Shown: positions 47,148-57,827 of the stretch, in pieces
How the letters are laid out: every line of letters begins with the position of its first letter
Position numbering within the stretch: the stretch's first letter is position 1
Assembly: GCA_040389905.1 (NCBI GenBank)
Contig: JAZJZK010000015.1
Location: 64,001-128,000, forward strand
Source: Gemmatimonadota bacterium
GTDB lineage: Bacteria > Gemmatimonadota > Gemmatimonadetes > Gemmatimonadales > Gemmatimonadaceae
DNA: 64,000 bases
Reading direction: 5' to 3'
Translations under genes and position numbers: made by a program
The notes under the pieces: model-generated
What the model was told of the DNA's origin: nothing
The model's input: the letters and a program-made list of their open reading frames with translations, nothing else
Databases searched by the model: none

Positions 47148-50100
47148 GTGAGTACTCCGAGGGAGAGCAGCAGCTTTACCGCGGCGATGGCAGGTGGCCT
47201 GCCCATCGAAGCGGTACGGCAGCTGCAACAGGAGCGCGATCATCTCCTGCTCCTGCATGAGGCGCTCGCCGAGGTCGAGCGCGCGACGACGCTCGAAGCG
47301 CGGTTGAGCGTCTTCGTCGAGGCGATTCGCCGGATTGGGTTTGGACGCGCCGTGATCACACTGCGCGATTCCGAGTTGAACGCGACGACCATCGTCACCG
47401 CGGGGCTGACGGACGCGGACGACCGCTCGCTCAGGGACGCGCCCACCGCCGGGGATGTCTGGCGCAAGCGACTGCCACTGCTCGATCGATTCCGGGTGAG
47501 CAACTCGTACTACATCGACGGCCGCGATGCGTGGGTGACCGAGGAGTTCGTTCGAGGAATCGAGAGCGCGCTCGACGTCGGTGAGGACTCGAGTTGGTCA
47601 CCACGTGACGTGCTGCTCGTACCGCTGCGCAATGGGTCGGGCACGCTCATGGCGACACTCGTCGTGGACGACCCGGCGGATCGCACGCGGCCGACGCTCA
47701 CGCGCGTGCGAACGGTGGAATTGTTCGCGCAGCAGGTCGCGGCGATGCTCGAGCATGCGTCGCTCATCGACCTGGCCGATCGGCGCGCCCGCCGTCTGCA
47801 GCACCTCCACCAGGTGGGCTCGCTCCTCTCGCGCTCCCTGGATGAGCCGACGATCCTCGCGTCGCTGGCGAAGCAGGTCGAGGATATCCTGCCGATCGTG
47901 ACCGTGGTCGTCTTTGCAACAGACACCACCGGCGCGCCCTGGCCCCGCGTGCTGCGCCAGCAGGGTCGCGAGCAAGACGAAATCTTCACGCCGTCGCACC
48001 TGCGCGTGTTGGCCGGTCTTGCTGGCCGGGGACAACGTGCCGCCAGGGACGACCGCGCCATCGCCGTTCCCGCAGTGTCTGGTCCAACGACCGTTGGAGT
48101 CATCGTGGTCGAGGCGCGCCGAGACGAGCAGATTCTCGCGGCGGACGCTGACCTCCTGATGACGATCGGAACGCTCGCGGGCGCCGCGATCAGCAACGCT
48201 CGGCAATTCGCGGAGAGCATGCGGCAGCGCCGCCAGACGGAAGCGCTCGCCGAGGTCGCACGTGCCGTGGGCGAGTCACTCCGGATCGATCGCGTGCTCC
48301 AACTCATTCTCCGCCACTCGACGGCGCTGCTGCGGACCGACGGCGCGGCGATCTCGCTGATGCGCGGAGACGCGCTGGAAACGACGGCCGGCGTTGGCGT
48401 CGGCAAGGCGCTCGTCGGATCGCGCTTTCCCCTGCACGGCAGCATGGTCGGACGCGCCGTGCTCTCAGCGACGAGCATCATCCGCGAGGACGTGCAGGAA
48501 GATCCCGAGTCGTACCTCCAGAGCGTCGCGGCGTCCGAAATCAAGAACACCGTCATCGTGCCCATGCTTTCAGTGCAGGGCCCGATTGGAGCGCTCTCGG
48601 TTTTCAACCGCCTCGCCCCCTTCTCCGACGAAGACGCGGAGATCCTCCAGCGCCTCGCCGATCAGGTCGCCGTCGCCGTGGTGAACGCGCGGCTGTTCGA
48701 GGAAGTGGCCGAAGCGACGCGCGAGTGGGCGGTGGCGTTCGACTCGATCGGCAGCGGGATGGTGCTGCTGGACAAGCGAGGAAGAATTCAGCGCACCAAC
48801 GCCCGTGCGCGCGGTCTCATGGGCGGAATGATCGACGAGGAGATACTCGGCCGCGAATTCCACGATGCCTTGTTCGGCGACTTGGAACCGTGCGACCAGT
48901 GCGTGCACTTCAAGGCGATTGCATCAGGCACGGTGAAGCGCGGAACGCACGACGACCGCGCACGCGGGCGCGTCTTCGAGATTACCGCCGCGCCGCACCC
49001 GCTGGGCGGTGCGGTGGTGACATTCGACGATGTGACGGAGCATCGCTCACTCGCCGAGCGCCATCGCCGCGTCGTCGAGACGTCGCGCGACGCGATCGTG
49101 ATCACGGATCGCGACCGCCGCATCGCCTTCGCGAACCCGGCGGCACACGAGTTATTGGCGCGCGGCGACGAACTCATCGGCCTTCCGACGTCGCGTGCGG
49201 TGCCGGAAGAACAACGCGCCGATCTCCAGCGCTATGAGGATCGCGGTCTCGCGGGTGAGCCGCAGAGCTACGAAGGGATTGTCCTGCGGCCGGACGGCGA
49301 CCGGCGGATTGTCGCCATCAACACGGCGCCGTTGCGCGAGCTCGGCGAGGTCACGGGAATTGTCGCGTCCATGCGCGACGTCACCGATGAGCGTCGCGCG
49401 CGCGACGCCGTGTCGCAATCGGAGGCACGCTATCGCAACCTGTTCGACTCGGCGAGCGACGCGATCTACACGCTCGATGTACACGGCGCGTTTACGTCAG
49501 CGAATCAAGCGACGTGCGAGCTGACGGGTCGTCTCCACGCCGATCTCCTCGGGAATCCCGTCATGCCGATCATCGAGCCGGAAGAGGCCACGATGGTCCA
49601 CGAGCACTTTCGGGCGGCGCTCGGCGGGCGGGCCATCCGGTACGAGTGTCACCTGCTTCGTCCCGACGGGGAGCGCCGCGCCGTCTCGATCACCAACAGC
49701 CCCATTCGCCGCGCGGACCAGATCATCGGCGTCCTTGGCGTCGCGCGCGATGTCACGGAGGCACGCGCGCGTGCGGCGGCGCTGGCCCGCTCCGAGGCGC
49801 GCTACACCCGTCTCGTGGAATCCGCATCCGATGCGATTTTCACCGTCGACATGGACGGCCGGTTCACCGCGGTGAATCGCGCGCTCGAGTTGGCCGTCGG
49901 TTCGGACCGGGCGCGACTCGTCGGCAGTGCGTTCGTGGATCTCGTGGACGCGAGGGACCTGCCCGCCGCCGAACGTCTCCTTCGTGAAACGTATGCCGGC
50001 GAGCGGTCGCGCGGAGCGGTTCGCTTCCGCGACGCGAATGGTGACGTGCGACAGGGCTCCGTCATCACGTCGCCGGTTCTCGAGGCGGAGGGAATCGTCG

Positions 50101-51254
50101 GCGCCCTCGGCATTCTGCGCGACGTCACCGACGAAGCGCGGCTGACCGAGCAACTGCTGCAGCAGGAAAAGCTCGTTGCCGTTGGCCAACTGGTGAGCGG
50201 CGTCGCACATGAAATCAACAATCCCCTTGCCGGGGTCATGGCATTTGCGCAGTTGCTACTGGCGTCGCCCGTTCCGTTGGCTCCGGAACCCCGACAGGCG
50301 GTCGACACCATCTATCGGGAGGCCAAGCGTGCGGCCAAAATCGTGTCGAACCTCCTCACGTTCGCGCGACAACAGCCCGCCGAGCGAGGCGCCGCGGATC
50401 TGAACGAGATCGTCACCGACACGCTCGAGCTTCGCCGGTATGCGATCCGGAGTGCCGGTATCTCGGTGACGCTCGATCTTGGGGAGGACTTACCGGCGAC
50501 GTGGGCGGACCCACTCCAACTTCAACAGGTCGTCCTCAACCTCGTCTCGAACGCCGAACACGCGCTCAAGGACGTCGACGCGCCGCACATTCGCATTCGG
50601 ACCTGGATGGAGGGCGCGACGATCTTCATTTCCGTGGCGGACAACGGTCCAGGGGTCGCACGGGAACAGGTCGATCGCATCTTCAATCCCTTCTTCACCA
50701 CGAAGCCTGTCGGGGAGGGTACCGGGCTCGGTCTCTCGATCTCCGATGGCATCGTACGTGAGCATGGCGGGCGAATTCGTGTGGACTCCCCGCCGGGGGA
50801 AGGGGCCACATTCCTCGTCGAGTTGCCGTTCATCGTTCCCCCCGCCGACGTGCGCGACGCCGCGTCCATGACCGCAGGCGGAGTCGTCGGTGCACGCCAG
50901 ATGCTCGTGGTGGACGACGAGCCGGCCATGCGCGCGGCGGTTTCCGGCTTTCTTAGATCACTCGGACATCACGTACACGTGGCCGCCGGGGGACAGGAGG
51001 CCCGCGCGCTTCTTGCTGAAAACGAGTATGATGTGGTGCTGCTCGATCTTCGGATGCCCGATCTGGGAGGGGAAATGCTGTATCGCGAGTTGTGCGACCG
51101 GGACGTGCGTCACGCAAGGCGAGTCGTCTTCGTGACGGGCGATCTGCAAAGTGAGGAGTCGCAGCGCTTCCTCAATCATGCCGGCCGTCCGGTCATCGGC
51201 AAACCCTTTCAACTGGATGATCTCGCCGCCGTGATCGCGAGCGTTACGACCTGA
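47148..51254 (+). CDS. Cytoplasmic multi-GAF/multi-PAS hybrid histidine kinase
   Basis: GAF and PAS repeats, AHEINNPL, PFFTTKPVGEGTGLGL, receiver VVDDE...LDLRMP...KPF. Confidence 0.9.
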   Translation: MSTPRESSSFTAAMAGGLPIEAVRQLQQERDHLLLLHEALAEVERATTLEARLSVFVEAIRRIGFGRAVITLRDSELNATTIVTAGLTDADDRSLRDAPTAGDVWRKRLPLLDRFRVSNSYYIDGRDAWVTEEFVRGIESALDVGEDSSWSPRDVLLVPLRNGSGTLMATLVVDDPADRTRPTLTRVRTVELFAQQVAAMLEHASLIDLADRRARRLQHLHQVGSLLSRSLDEPTILASLAKQVEDILPIVTVVVFATDTTGAPWPRVLRQQGREQDEIFTPSHLRVLAGLAGRGQRAARDDRAIAVPAVSGPTTVGVIVVEARRDEQILAADADLLMTIGTLAGAAISNARQFAESMRQRRQTEALAEVARAVGESLRIDRVLQLILRHSTALLRTDGAAISLMRGDALETTAGVGVGKALVGSRFPLHGSMVGRAVLSATSIIREDVQEDPESYLQSVAASEIKNTVIVPMLSVQGPIGALSVFNRLAPFSDEDAEILQRLADQVAVAVVNARLFEEVAEATREWAVAFDSIGSGMVLLDKRGRIQRTNARARGLMGGMIDEEILGREFHDALFGDLEPCDQCVHFKAIASGTVKRGTHDDRARGRVFEITAAPHPLGGAVVTFDDVTEHRSLAERHRRVVETSRDAIVITDRDRRIAFANPAAHELLARGDELIGLPTSRAVPEEQRADLQRYEDRGLAGEPQSYEGIVLRPDGDRRIVAINTAPLRELGEVTGIVASMRDVTDERRARDAVSQSEARYRNLFDSASDAIYTLDVHGAFTSANQATCELTGRLHADLLGNPVMPIIEPEEATMVHEHFRAALGGRAIRYECHLLRPDGERRAVSITNSPIRRADQIIGVLGVARDVTEARARAAALARSEARYTRLVESASDAIFTVDMDGRFTAVNRALELAVGSDRARLVGSAFVDLVDARDLPAAERLLRETYAGERSRGAVRFRDANGDVRQGSVITSPVLEAEGIVGALGILRDVTDEARLTEQLLQQEKLVAVGQLVSGVAHEINNPLAGVMAFAQLLLASPVPLAPEPRQAVDTIYREAKRAAKIVSNLLTFARQQPAERGAADLNEIVTDTLELRRYAIRSAGISVTLDLGEDLPATWADPLQLQQVVLNLVSNAEHALKDVDAPHIRIRTWMEGATIFISVADNGPGVAREQVDRIFNPFFTTKPVGEGTGLGLSISDGIVREHGGRIRVDSPPGEGATFLVELPFIVPPADVRDAASMTAGGVVGARQMLVVDDEPAMRAAVSGFLRSLGHHVHVAAGGQEARALLAENEYDVVLLDLRMPDLGGEMLYRELCDRDVRHARRVVFVTGDLQSEESQRFLNHAGRPVIGKPFQLDDLAAVIASVTT

Positions 51255-52624
51255 TGGCCAAGATCCTCATCGTCGATGATGAACCGGATATCCGCTCGGC
51301 GCTCGGCCGTTACTTCGAGCGCTCCGGTCATGATGTCCTCCACGCGGGCACCGGGGAAGAAGCCGTGGCGCTCGTGCAGGCCGAACATCCCGCCGTGGTG
51401 CTGCTCGACCTGTTCCTCCCGGATATCTCGGGCTTCGACGTCCTCGAGCGCACGCGCGAGGATCGCCCAGTCATCATCATGATCACCGGGCATGGGGATA
51501 TCCCGGCGGCCGTGCACGCGATACGTGGCGGTGCGGAGGGATTTCTCACGAAGCCGGTGGAACTGGCGCATCTTGGGGCCGTCGTGGACCGCGCACTCGA
51601 GAAGGCACAACTGCGGGAGCTGAGTCGCTCCGCCGACGCGCGCTCCGGGCGCGCGGTCGCCGACATGCTGCTCGGCTCGTCGCCGCACATGCGCGAGCTC
51701 GCCGAGCAAATCGAGTTGCTGGCGCGCAGCGAGCGCACCGTCGCACTGATCGTCGGGGAGTATGGCGTCGGAAAGGCTCGTGTTGCGCGGGCGATTCATG
51801 CGCTGAGTGCGCGCGCATTGCGTCCGTTTCACGAGCTCGTGTGCGGCCTGCGCCCAACCGAGCGGCTGGACGAGGAATTGTTCGGCGTGGAGCGCGCAGA
51901 AGGGAAGCCAATGCCGGGGCTCTTCGAGGCAGCCGATGGTGGCACGCTATTGCTCGACGAAATCGCTGACCTTCCCTCGGAGCTTCAGCCCACACTGCTG
52001 CGAGCCCTGGAAACCCGTCGGGTACGGCGAACGGGCGGGTCGCGCGATGTCCCCATCGATGTGCGGCTCATCGCGGCCACGGTGCGCGACCTCGCCACGG
52101 AAGTCACCGAGCACCGCTTTCGCGAGGACTTGTACTACCGACTCGGCGTCATGCCGCTGCACCTGCCGCCCCTTCGGGCGCGATCGCCTGACGATCTCCG
52201 CGAGACGACCGAGGCGTTGCTCACCGAGCTGCGTCGCGGGCTGCCCGACTCGCCAGAACAGATGAGCGAGGAGGCGTACGAGATGATCGTGCGCTATCAC
52301 TGGCCCGGCAACATCCGCGAGTTGCGGAACATCCTGGAGCGCGCGCTCATTCTCTCGAGCGGGCAGAGCGAAATCGGCGTGAAGCACCTCGCGGCGGAGG
52401 TGCGAGGCATCGATGACGATGCGTCGCTGCCGCACGTCCCGATGTCGTTGGCGGACGTCGAGCGCGCGCACATCGACCGGACGTTACGCGCGCACGGCGC
52501 GAACCGAACACGCGCGGCTCGCGAGCTTGGTATCTCGCGCGCTACGTTAATCAAGAAGATCAAGGAATTCGGACTCGGCGAGCGACCGAGTGCGAGCGGC
52601 ATCGTGTGGGAGGAACCAGGATGA
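51254..52624 (+). CDS. NtrC-family response regulator (receiver-AAA-Fis HTH) lacking GAFTGA
   Basis: ILIVDDE, GEYGVGK, LLLDEI, FREDLYYRL, WPGNIRELRN, AARELGISRATL. Confidence 0.9.
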   Translation: MAKILIVDDEPDIRSALGRYFERSGHDVLHAGTGEEAVALVQAEHPAVVLLDLFLPDISGFDVLERTREDRPVIIMITGHGDIPAAVHAIRGGAEGFLTKPVELAHLGAVVDRALEKAQLRELSRSADARSGRAVADMLLGSSPHMRELAEQIELLARSERTVALIVGEYGVGKARVARAIHALSARALRPFHELVCGLRPTERLDEELFGVERAEGKPMPGLFEAADGGTLLLDEIADLPSELQPTLLRALETRRVRRTGGSRDVPIDVRLIAATVRDLATEVTEHRFREDLYYRLGVMPLHLPPLRARSPDDLRETTEALLTELRRGLPDSPEQMSEEAYEMIVRYHWPGNIRELRNILERALILSSGQSEIGVKHLAAEVRGIDDDASLPHVPMSLADVERAHIDRTLRAHGANRTRAARELGISRATLIKKIKEFGLGERPSASGIVWEEPG

Positions 52625-52815
52625 CGACGACGAATAGCCTGAACGAGCGCGACGCCATGATTTGCCGCGCCTGTGGAAACGAGGAGCGCGCGTCCGAAGG
52701 GTACCCGTGCGTCAAGTGCGGGACCTTCATCTGCGTGATCTGTGACATGCGCGGCATCGTGAAGTGTCGCGCGTGCACCGCCGCCGAGGTCCCGACGCCA
52801 AAATGGCTCGAGTGA
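52621..52815 (+). CDS. Small protein with four CxxC motifs
   Basis: CRAC, CVKC, CVIC, CRAC in 64 aa. ATGA overlap with the upstream gene and GGAGG RBS. Confidence 0.7.
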   Translation: MTTTNSLNERDAMICRACGNEERASEGYPCVKCGTFICVICDMRGIVKCRACTAAEVPTPKWLE

Positions 52816-52828
52816 TAGCCACGTTCAC

Positions 52829-53776
52829 GTGAGTGCGTTCGAAAGTTGCGGGCTGGCGGTCGGGCACGCGACGGATGTGTCGGGGGCAACGGGGTGTACC
52901 GTCATTCGCGGCATCGAGCTGCCGTTCCGGTGCGGTGTGCACATCATGGGACGCGCGACCGGCACACGTGAACTATCGCTGCTCGATCCAGCGCAGCTCG
53001 TCGATCGTGTCGACGCGATATTCCTGGCGGGCGGCTCCGCGTACGGCCTCGACGCCGCGGCGGGCGTCATGCGCTGGATGGAAGAACGGGGGCGGGGATT
53101 TCCGGTCGGCGATGGCGTCGTACCGATCGTTCCGGGTGCAGTGATTTTCGATCTCGCGCCCCTCGGCCGCTTCGATGCGCGTCCAACGGCGGCGATGGCG
53201 TACGACGCCTGCGAGAGCGCGTCGTCGCTCGGCATCGCCGAGGGGTCGATTGGTGCAGGGACTGGCGCGACGATCGGGAAGATCGGCGGGCCGGCGCGTG
53301 CGATGAAAGGAGGAATTGGCCTCGGCGCGGCCGATGCGGGCAGCCTGCATGTGCGGGCGCTCGCCGTCGTGAATGCGCTTGGCGATGTACGCAACGCGTC
53401 GGGGCATATCCTTGCGGGCGCGCGCGGCGAGGGCGGCGGGTGGCTCGACAGTGCGCACTACATAGCGCGCGGCATCGAAGCGCGATTCGATACGGTGGCG
53501 GGCCGCAACACGACCCTGTGTGTGGTGAGCACGAACGCGGCGCTCGATCGCGTGCAGCTGTCGTCCGTCGCGCGTGCCGCGGCGGCGGCACTCTTTCGGC
53601 GGATTACACCAGTTGCCACGGCATTCGACGGAGACATCATCTTCGCGACCGCACCCGTCGCAGGTGGCGTGCGGTCGACGCCGGCACAGGTCGAAGTACT
53701 GGCGGCGGTCGCGCTCGAGCACGCGATCGAACGCGGTGTGCAAACCACGTCACCCGGCGACATTTTCACCGGATGA
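52829..53776 (+). CDS. P1/DmpA (S58) family peptidase
   Basis: VGHATD...TGCTVI, GGSAYGL, GAGTGA, NTTL, FDGDIIF. Confidence 0.88.
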   Translation: MSAFESCGLAVGHATDVSGATGCTVIRGIELPFRCGVHIMGRATGTRELSLLDPAQLVDRVDAIFLAGGSAYGLDAAAGVMRWMEERGRGFPVGDGVVPIVPGAVIFDLAPLGRFDARPTAAMAYDACESASSLGIAEGSIGAGTGATIGKIGGPARAMKGGIGLGAADAGSLHVRALAVVNALGDVRNASGHILAGARGEGGGWLDSAHYIARGIEARFDTVAGRNTTLCVVSTNAALDRVQLSSVARAAAAALFRRITPVATAFDGDIIFATAPVAGGVRSTPAQVEVLAAVALEHAIERGVQTTSPGDIFTG

Positions 53777-54564
53777 CGCTCGAGTCCAACCGGGTCGCGG
53801 TGTGCACGCCCGTCGCCCCTCTGTTCGATGAGCCCAGGGTCGCGAGCGCGATGATCAGCCAGTACCTCGCCGGTCGCGTCGCGGAAGTGCTCGAGACGCG
53901 CGATGACTGGTTTCGCATTCTCGGTGCGGATGACTACGAAGGGTGGATGCACCGAGGGTACCTTGCCTACGTCCCCGATGCGGGGCGCCGGAGTGCACAG
54001 AGCGAACGCATTTCGCTTGGGTGTGTCACAACGAATCCCGCCGGCGCTCGACGCGCGCTCCCGCTCGGATCGTACCTGTCGAGTGAGGAGCGGGTGCGTG
54101 TTGGCGAGGCGATCGACGCAGCCAAACAGGACGAGGTATTCCCCGCCGAAGCGGGAGCGATTACGCGGAGTGCGCAGAACTATTTCGAGGGAACGAGCTA
54201 TCTCTGGGGCGGCGTGACGCCCTGGGGTGCAGACTGCTCGGGGCTCGTGCAGAGCGTGTACTGGCTACACGGCATTCAACTCAGGCGTGATGCATGGCAG
54301 CAGGCGATGCAGGGTGCGCCTGGCGAAGACCGGTTAATCGATGCGCGCGCGGCCGACTTGCTGTTCTTCTCGGATCGCGTCGACCGCCACATTACGCATG
54401 TGGCAATCGCCCTCGGGGGCGGGTGTCTCGTGCATCTCGCGCTCGGCCGCGGCGGCTACGCGGTTGAGAAGCTCGATGATGCGAAGGACCCATACGTGCG
54501 AAAGCTGCACGACCGCTTTATTGGCGCGCGGCGCATTCTCGCACCGGTCCTCGCCACGAGTTAG
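53773..54564 (+). CDS. SH3-like plus NlpC/P60 peptidase
   Basis: YEGWM, YLWGG...DCSGLV, ADLLFF, THVAI. Confidence 0.88.
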   Translation: MTLESNRVAVCTPVAPLFDEPRVASAMISQYLAGRVAEVLETRDDWFRILGADDYEGWMHRGYLAYVPDAGRRSAQSERISLGCVTTNPAGARRALPLGSYLSSEERVRVGEAIDAAKQDEVFPAEAGAITRSAQNYFEGTSYLWGGVTPWGADCSGLVQSVYWLHGIQLRRDAWQQAMQGAPGEDRLIDARAADLLFFSDRVDRHITHVAIALGGGCLVHLALGRGGYAVEKLDDAKDPYVRKLHDRFIGARRILAPVLATS

Positions 54565-54598
54565 GTGCTCAACTACGGCAAGAGCGGAAAAGCATTGC

Positions 54599-55027
54599 TT
54601 AACTCATCCACATCGGTGCTTTCTGCACCGGCGCCGCAACCGCCGGCCGCACCTGCACAGGCACTTCCGCGTGGACAGTTCCGTCGAGCCCGACGCGCAT
54701 CACGTAACGCCCGGCCACATCCAGCGGCAAGTCGAGTTGCGCGATGAGCGGAAAATCCATCTCCATGACGCCCGCCGGCGGCTGTGCGATGCCGAGCTCT
54801 CCTTCGCTGCTCCACAACTCCGAACCGCTCGGGCTCATCCACTGCAAGCCGACGCGATGCGGCCCCGCATCCGTGGGTGACCCCTTGAGGTGCACCACAA
54901 GTGTGGCGCGCGGGTGAAGCGCTGGAAGTGAACCAACCTGCAAGGCGTCGAATACGCCGAGGATGTTCAACTTGCCTTCCTGCGAAAGATTCGCCGCGTC
55001 GGCGAAGACTGCAAAGGTGACGTGCAT
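54599..55027 (-). CDS. Conserved hypothetical beta-sandwich protein
   Basis: FADAAN..EGKLNILGVFD start and G.Y...V..DG end. Confidence 0.7.
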   Translation of the reverse strand: MHVTFAVFADAANLSQEGKLNILGVFDALQVGSLPALHPRATLVVHLKGSPTDAGPHRVGLQWMSPSGSELWSSEGELGIAQPPAGVMEMDFPLIAQLDLPLDVAGRYVMRVGLDGTVHAEVPVQVRPAVAAPVQKAPMWMS

Positions 55028-55090
55028 CGCGAAAGGTAGAGGCGAGTGAGATGGTTTGGAAACACCCCGCCGCCAGTCTAACTTCACTGA

Positions 55091-56038
55091 ATGGCTTCGA
55101 GTGCATATCGATCGACTACGGAAACGACGCAGCGCGCTCCCGCCGGACTGACCGTCACGGACCTCGCGCTGCTCGCCATGGCCCTCATCTGGGGGCTGAA
55201 CTTCATCGTCGTCAAATTCGGCACGGGCGTATTCCCGCCGCTGGCGTTCAGCAGCGTGCGCATGAGCATCGCCGTCGTCATTCTCTGGTCGATCGTTCTC
55301 CTTCGCCGGCTCCCGCTGCCAAACCGTCACGACACGTGGGTGATGCTCGCGCTCGGAACGCTCGGAAACGGGTTGTATCAGGTGCTGTGGATCCAGGGCA
55401 TGGCGCGCACGCGGGCGAGTGATGCAGCGCTCCTCGTCGCCGCATCGCCTGCATTCATCGAGCTGATTGGCTGGGCCCGCGGCCACGCACGCGCCGGATT
55501 GCGCGCCATGGGCGGGATCGCGCTGTCGTTGGTCGGCATCGGGCTCGTCGTCTCAGGCGGCCGCCATGGCGGCGTCGGACAATCCAGCTTTCTCGGCAAT
55601 GGGCTCATCCTCGGCTCCGTGCTGTGCTGGGCGTTCTATTCTCTCGGACTCAAGCCTCTCACCGAGCGCGTGGACGGAATCACACTCTCCGCTATCACCA
55701 TGACGGGCGGTGTGGTGCCGATGCTCGCCGTCTCCGTTCCGGCGCTGATGGCGACTCGATGGAGCGGCGTCAGCAACGCGGGGTGGGGCGCCGTGGCCTA
55801 TAGCAGCGTCATGGCGCTCGTCGTCGCATACCTGTTCTGGTACAAAGGTGTACGAGTGCTCGGACCGACCCGTGCATCCATGTACTCGAATCTTCAGCCG
55901 CTCGTCGCCATGATGGCGGGCTGGGCGCTGCTCGGCGAAACCCCGCGCGCGACACAGGTTGCCGGCGCCGTCTGCATCATCGGCGGACTGCTACTCACTC
56001 GCATGCCGGGACATGAAGACGTGGTGGCTCACGAATGA
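55091..56038 (+). CDS. DMT/EamA family transporter
   Basis: About 10 TM helices, IWGLNF, LGE motif. Confidence 0.9.
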   Translation: MASSAYRSTTETTQRAPAGLTVTDLALLAMALIWGLNFIVVKFGTGVFPPLAFSSVRMSIAVVILWSIVLLRRLPLPNRHDTWVMLALGTLGNGLYQVLWIQGMARTRASDAALLVAASPAFIELIGWARGHARAGLRAMGGIALSLVGIGLVVSGGRHGGVGQSSFLGNGLILGSVLCWAFYSLGLKPLTERVDGITLSAITMTGGVVPMLAVSVPALMATRWSGVSNAGWGAVAYSSVMALVVAYLFWYKGVRVLGPTRASMYSNLQPLVAMMAGWALLGETPRATQVAGAVCIIGGLLLTRMPGHEDVVAHE

Positions 56039-56727
56039 AAGTCGTTCTCTTCGACATCGACGGCACGCTCCTCTGGACCGATGGGGCCGGCCGACGCGCC
56101 GTGCATCGCGCGCTGGAAGACGTATTCGGTGCGCTCCCGCCCGACGGCCACGAGTTCGACGGAAAGACGGACCCACAGATCGTCCGTGAGTTGATGCAGT
56201 TGGCCGGTGTGAGCCACGACCGCATCGAGGCGCAGCTACCGGACGCACTCGCTCGTTACGTCGAGCTGCTGCACACCGAGCTCGCAATCGACAACCACAC
56301 CGACAAGACCTATCCCGGAATCGGAGCGCTGCTCGATGCACTCGAGCAACGGGAAGATGTGTTGCTCGGACTGCTCACGGGCAACGTGCGCGATGGTGCG
56401 ATGGCAAAGCTCGCCGCAGTCGGCCTTGCGCATCATCGCTTCAAGGTCGGGGCCTTCGGGTCGGATCACGCCGCGCGTCCGGAACTTCCGGAAATTGCGC
56501 GCGCGCGTGCGGAGTCGCATCTCGGCGCACCCGTCGCGGGCACCGACGTCGTCGTTATCGGCGACACGCCGGCGGATATGCGTTGCGGCAACGGAATCGG
56601 CGCGCGCGCAATCGGCGTCGCCACCGGCCGGTATTCGGTCGGAGACTTGTGGGCCTGCCGGCCCGCAGCGGTCTTTGCCGACCTCTCCGATACGGCGGCC
56701 GTCGTGCGCGCCATTCTCGGCGATTAG
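56035..56727 (+). CDS. HAD family hydrolase
   Basis: LFDIDGTL, LLTGN, IGDTPAD. Confidence 0.9.
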   Translation: MKVVLFDIDGTLLWTDGAGRRAVHRALEDVFGALPPDGHEFDGKTDPQIVRELMQLAGVSHDRIEAQLPDALARYVELLHTELAIDNHTDKTYPGIGALLDALEQREDVLLGLLTGNVRDGAMAKLAAVGLAHHRFKVGAFGSDHAARPELPEIARARAESHLGAPVAGTDVVVIGDTPADMRCGNGIGARAIGVATGRYSVGDLWACRPAAVFADLSDTAAVVRAILGD

Positions 56728-56730
56728 CGC

Positions 56731-57324
56731 ATGCTCGAGGTCGAGCTCAAGAGCGTGGTCGATGATCTCGCCATGCGTCGCGCCGTCGTGGAAGCGGCCG
56801 GTGCGACGCTCGTGTTCGCGGGCCGCCTCGAGGATCGACGATACGATTCGCTGGATCGGTCGCTCACGGCCAAAGACGAGGTGCTACGCGTTCGCATCTA
56901 TCGCGATCAGAACGGTGCGCGTGCGCAGCTCGACTGGAAGGGACCCACTCGGCGCGAGGGCGGTTATAAGTTGCGCGAAGAGATCGAAACCAGCGTCGTC
57001 GCTGCCGATGCGCTCGTCGCGATCCTTGAGCACCTCGGCTTTCGCGTCATCATGGCGATCGATCGCGTAATCGCGCAATACGATCTCGACGGTACGATGA
57101 TCCGCTTCGAACGTTACCCGCGAATGGATGACTTGGTGGAGGTCGAAGGGACGCCGGAGCAGATCGAGCGGGCGATCGGGGTCACCGGTCTGCCACGCGA
57201 GGGATTCAGCACGGAACGGCTCGGCGACTTCGCCCGTAGTTACCAGGCGCGCACGGGAATGCCCGCGGTGCTCTCCGACGCGGTCCTCGCAGGCGAAACG
57301 CCATTTGATGAGTCCGATGCCTGA
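56731..57324 (+). CDS. CYTH-domain protein (class IV adenylate cyclase-like)
   Basis: EVELK, LRVR, WKGP, REEIE, VEVEG. Confidence 0.85.
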   Translation: MLEVELKSVVDDLAMRRAVVEAAGATLVFAGRLEDRRYDSLDRSLTAKDEVLRVRIYRDQNGARAQLDWKGPTRREGGYKLREEIETSVVAADALVAILEHLGFRVIMAIDRVIAQYDLDGTMIRFERYPRMDDLVEVEGTPEQIERAIGVTGLPREGFSTERLGDFARSYQARTGMPAVLSDAVLAGETPFDESDA

Positions 57325-57787
57325 CGCGCCGCTCCTTCCGGAGCTGATGCGATCGCTGCGATCGCTCGGTGCCCATCGCGATCCGTGCAGTGAAGCTGCC
57401 CACGGCGCCATCTTCATTCCGCTGCTTGAAGCGCGCGCTCGCGCCACCGCGTCGAAACGCGCGGTATTCGCGGCACTCAAGGGCGCGTCGCTTGCGGGAC
57501 GCATCGAGCCGCAGGTCATCGCCGCGGCCATTCAGGGGGTCGAGCAGCCGGCGCGCATTCGCGCGCTCACCGCCCACGCACGTGAGATCTTCGAGCCCCT
57601 TCAGGCGGCACTCGCCGCCCTCGATGCCGCCGCACCAGGCGCCGCCGAGAGCGATCAACAGTGGGCGGAATGGCTCACCGCGTTGCGACGGGTGTTCACG
57701 GTCGCGGACCTGTCGTGTCAGGAACTGGCGCGGCTCATCGCCGAGCGGTCCGCGGAGCCGACGTCGCGATCGTGGTTCTCCCGTTAA
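57308..57787 (+). CDS. Hypothetical helical protein
   Basis: Operonic overlap with the CYTH gene and coding-like composition. Confidence 0.55.
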   Translation: MSPMPDAPLLPELMRSLRSLGAHRDPCSEAAHGAIFIPLLEARARATASKRAVFAALKGASLAGRIEPQVIAAAIQGVEQPARIRALTAHAREIFEPLQAALAALDAAAPGAAESDQQWAEWLTALRRVFTVADLSCQELARLIAERSAEPTSRSWFSR

Positions 57788-57827
57788 CGGTAATGCTCGG
57801 AAGCCAAACACTTCCGAATCTCGAACT

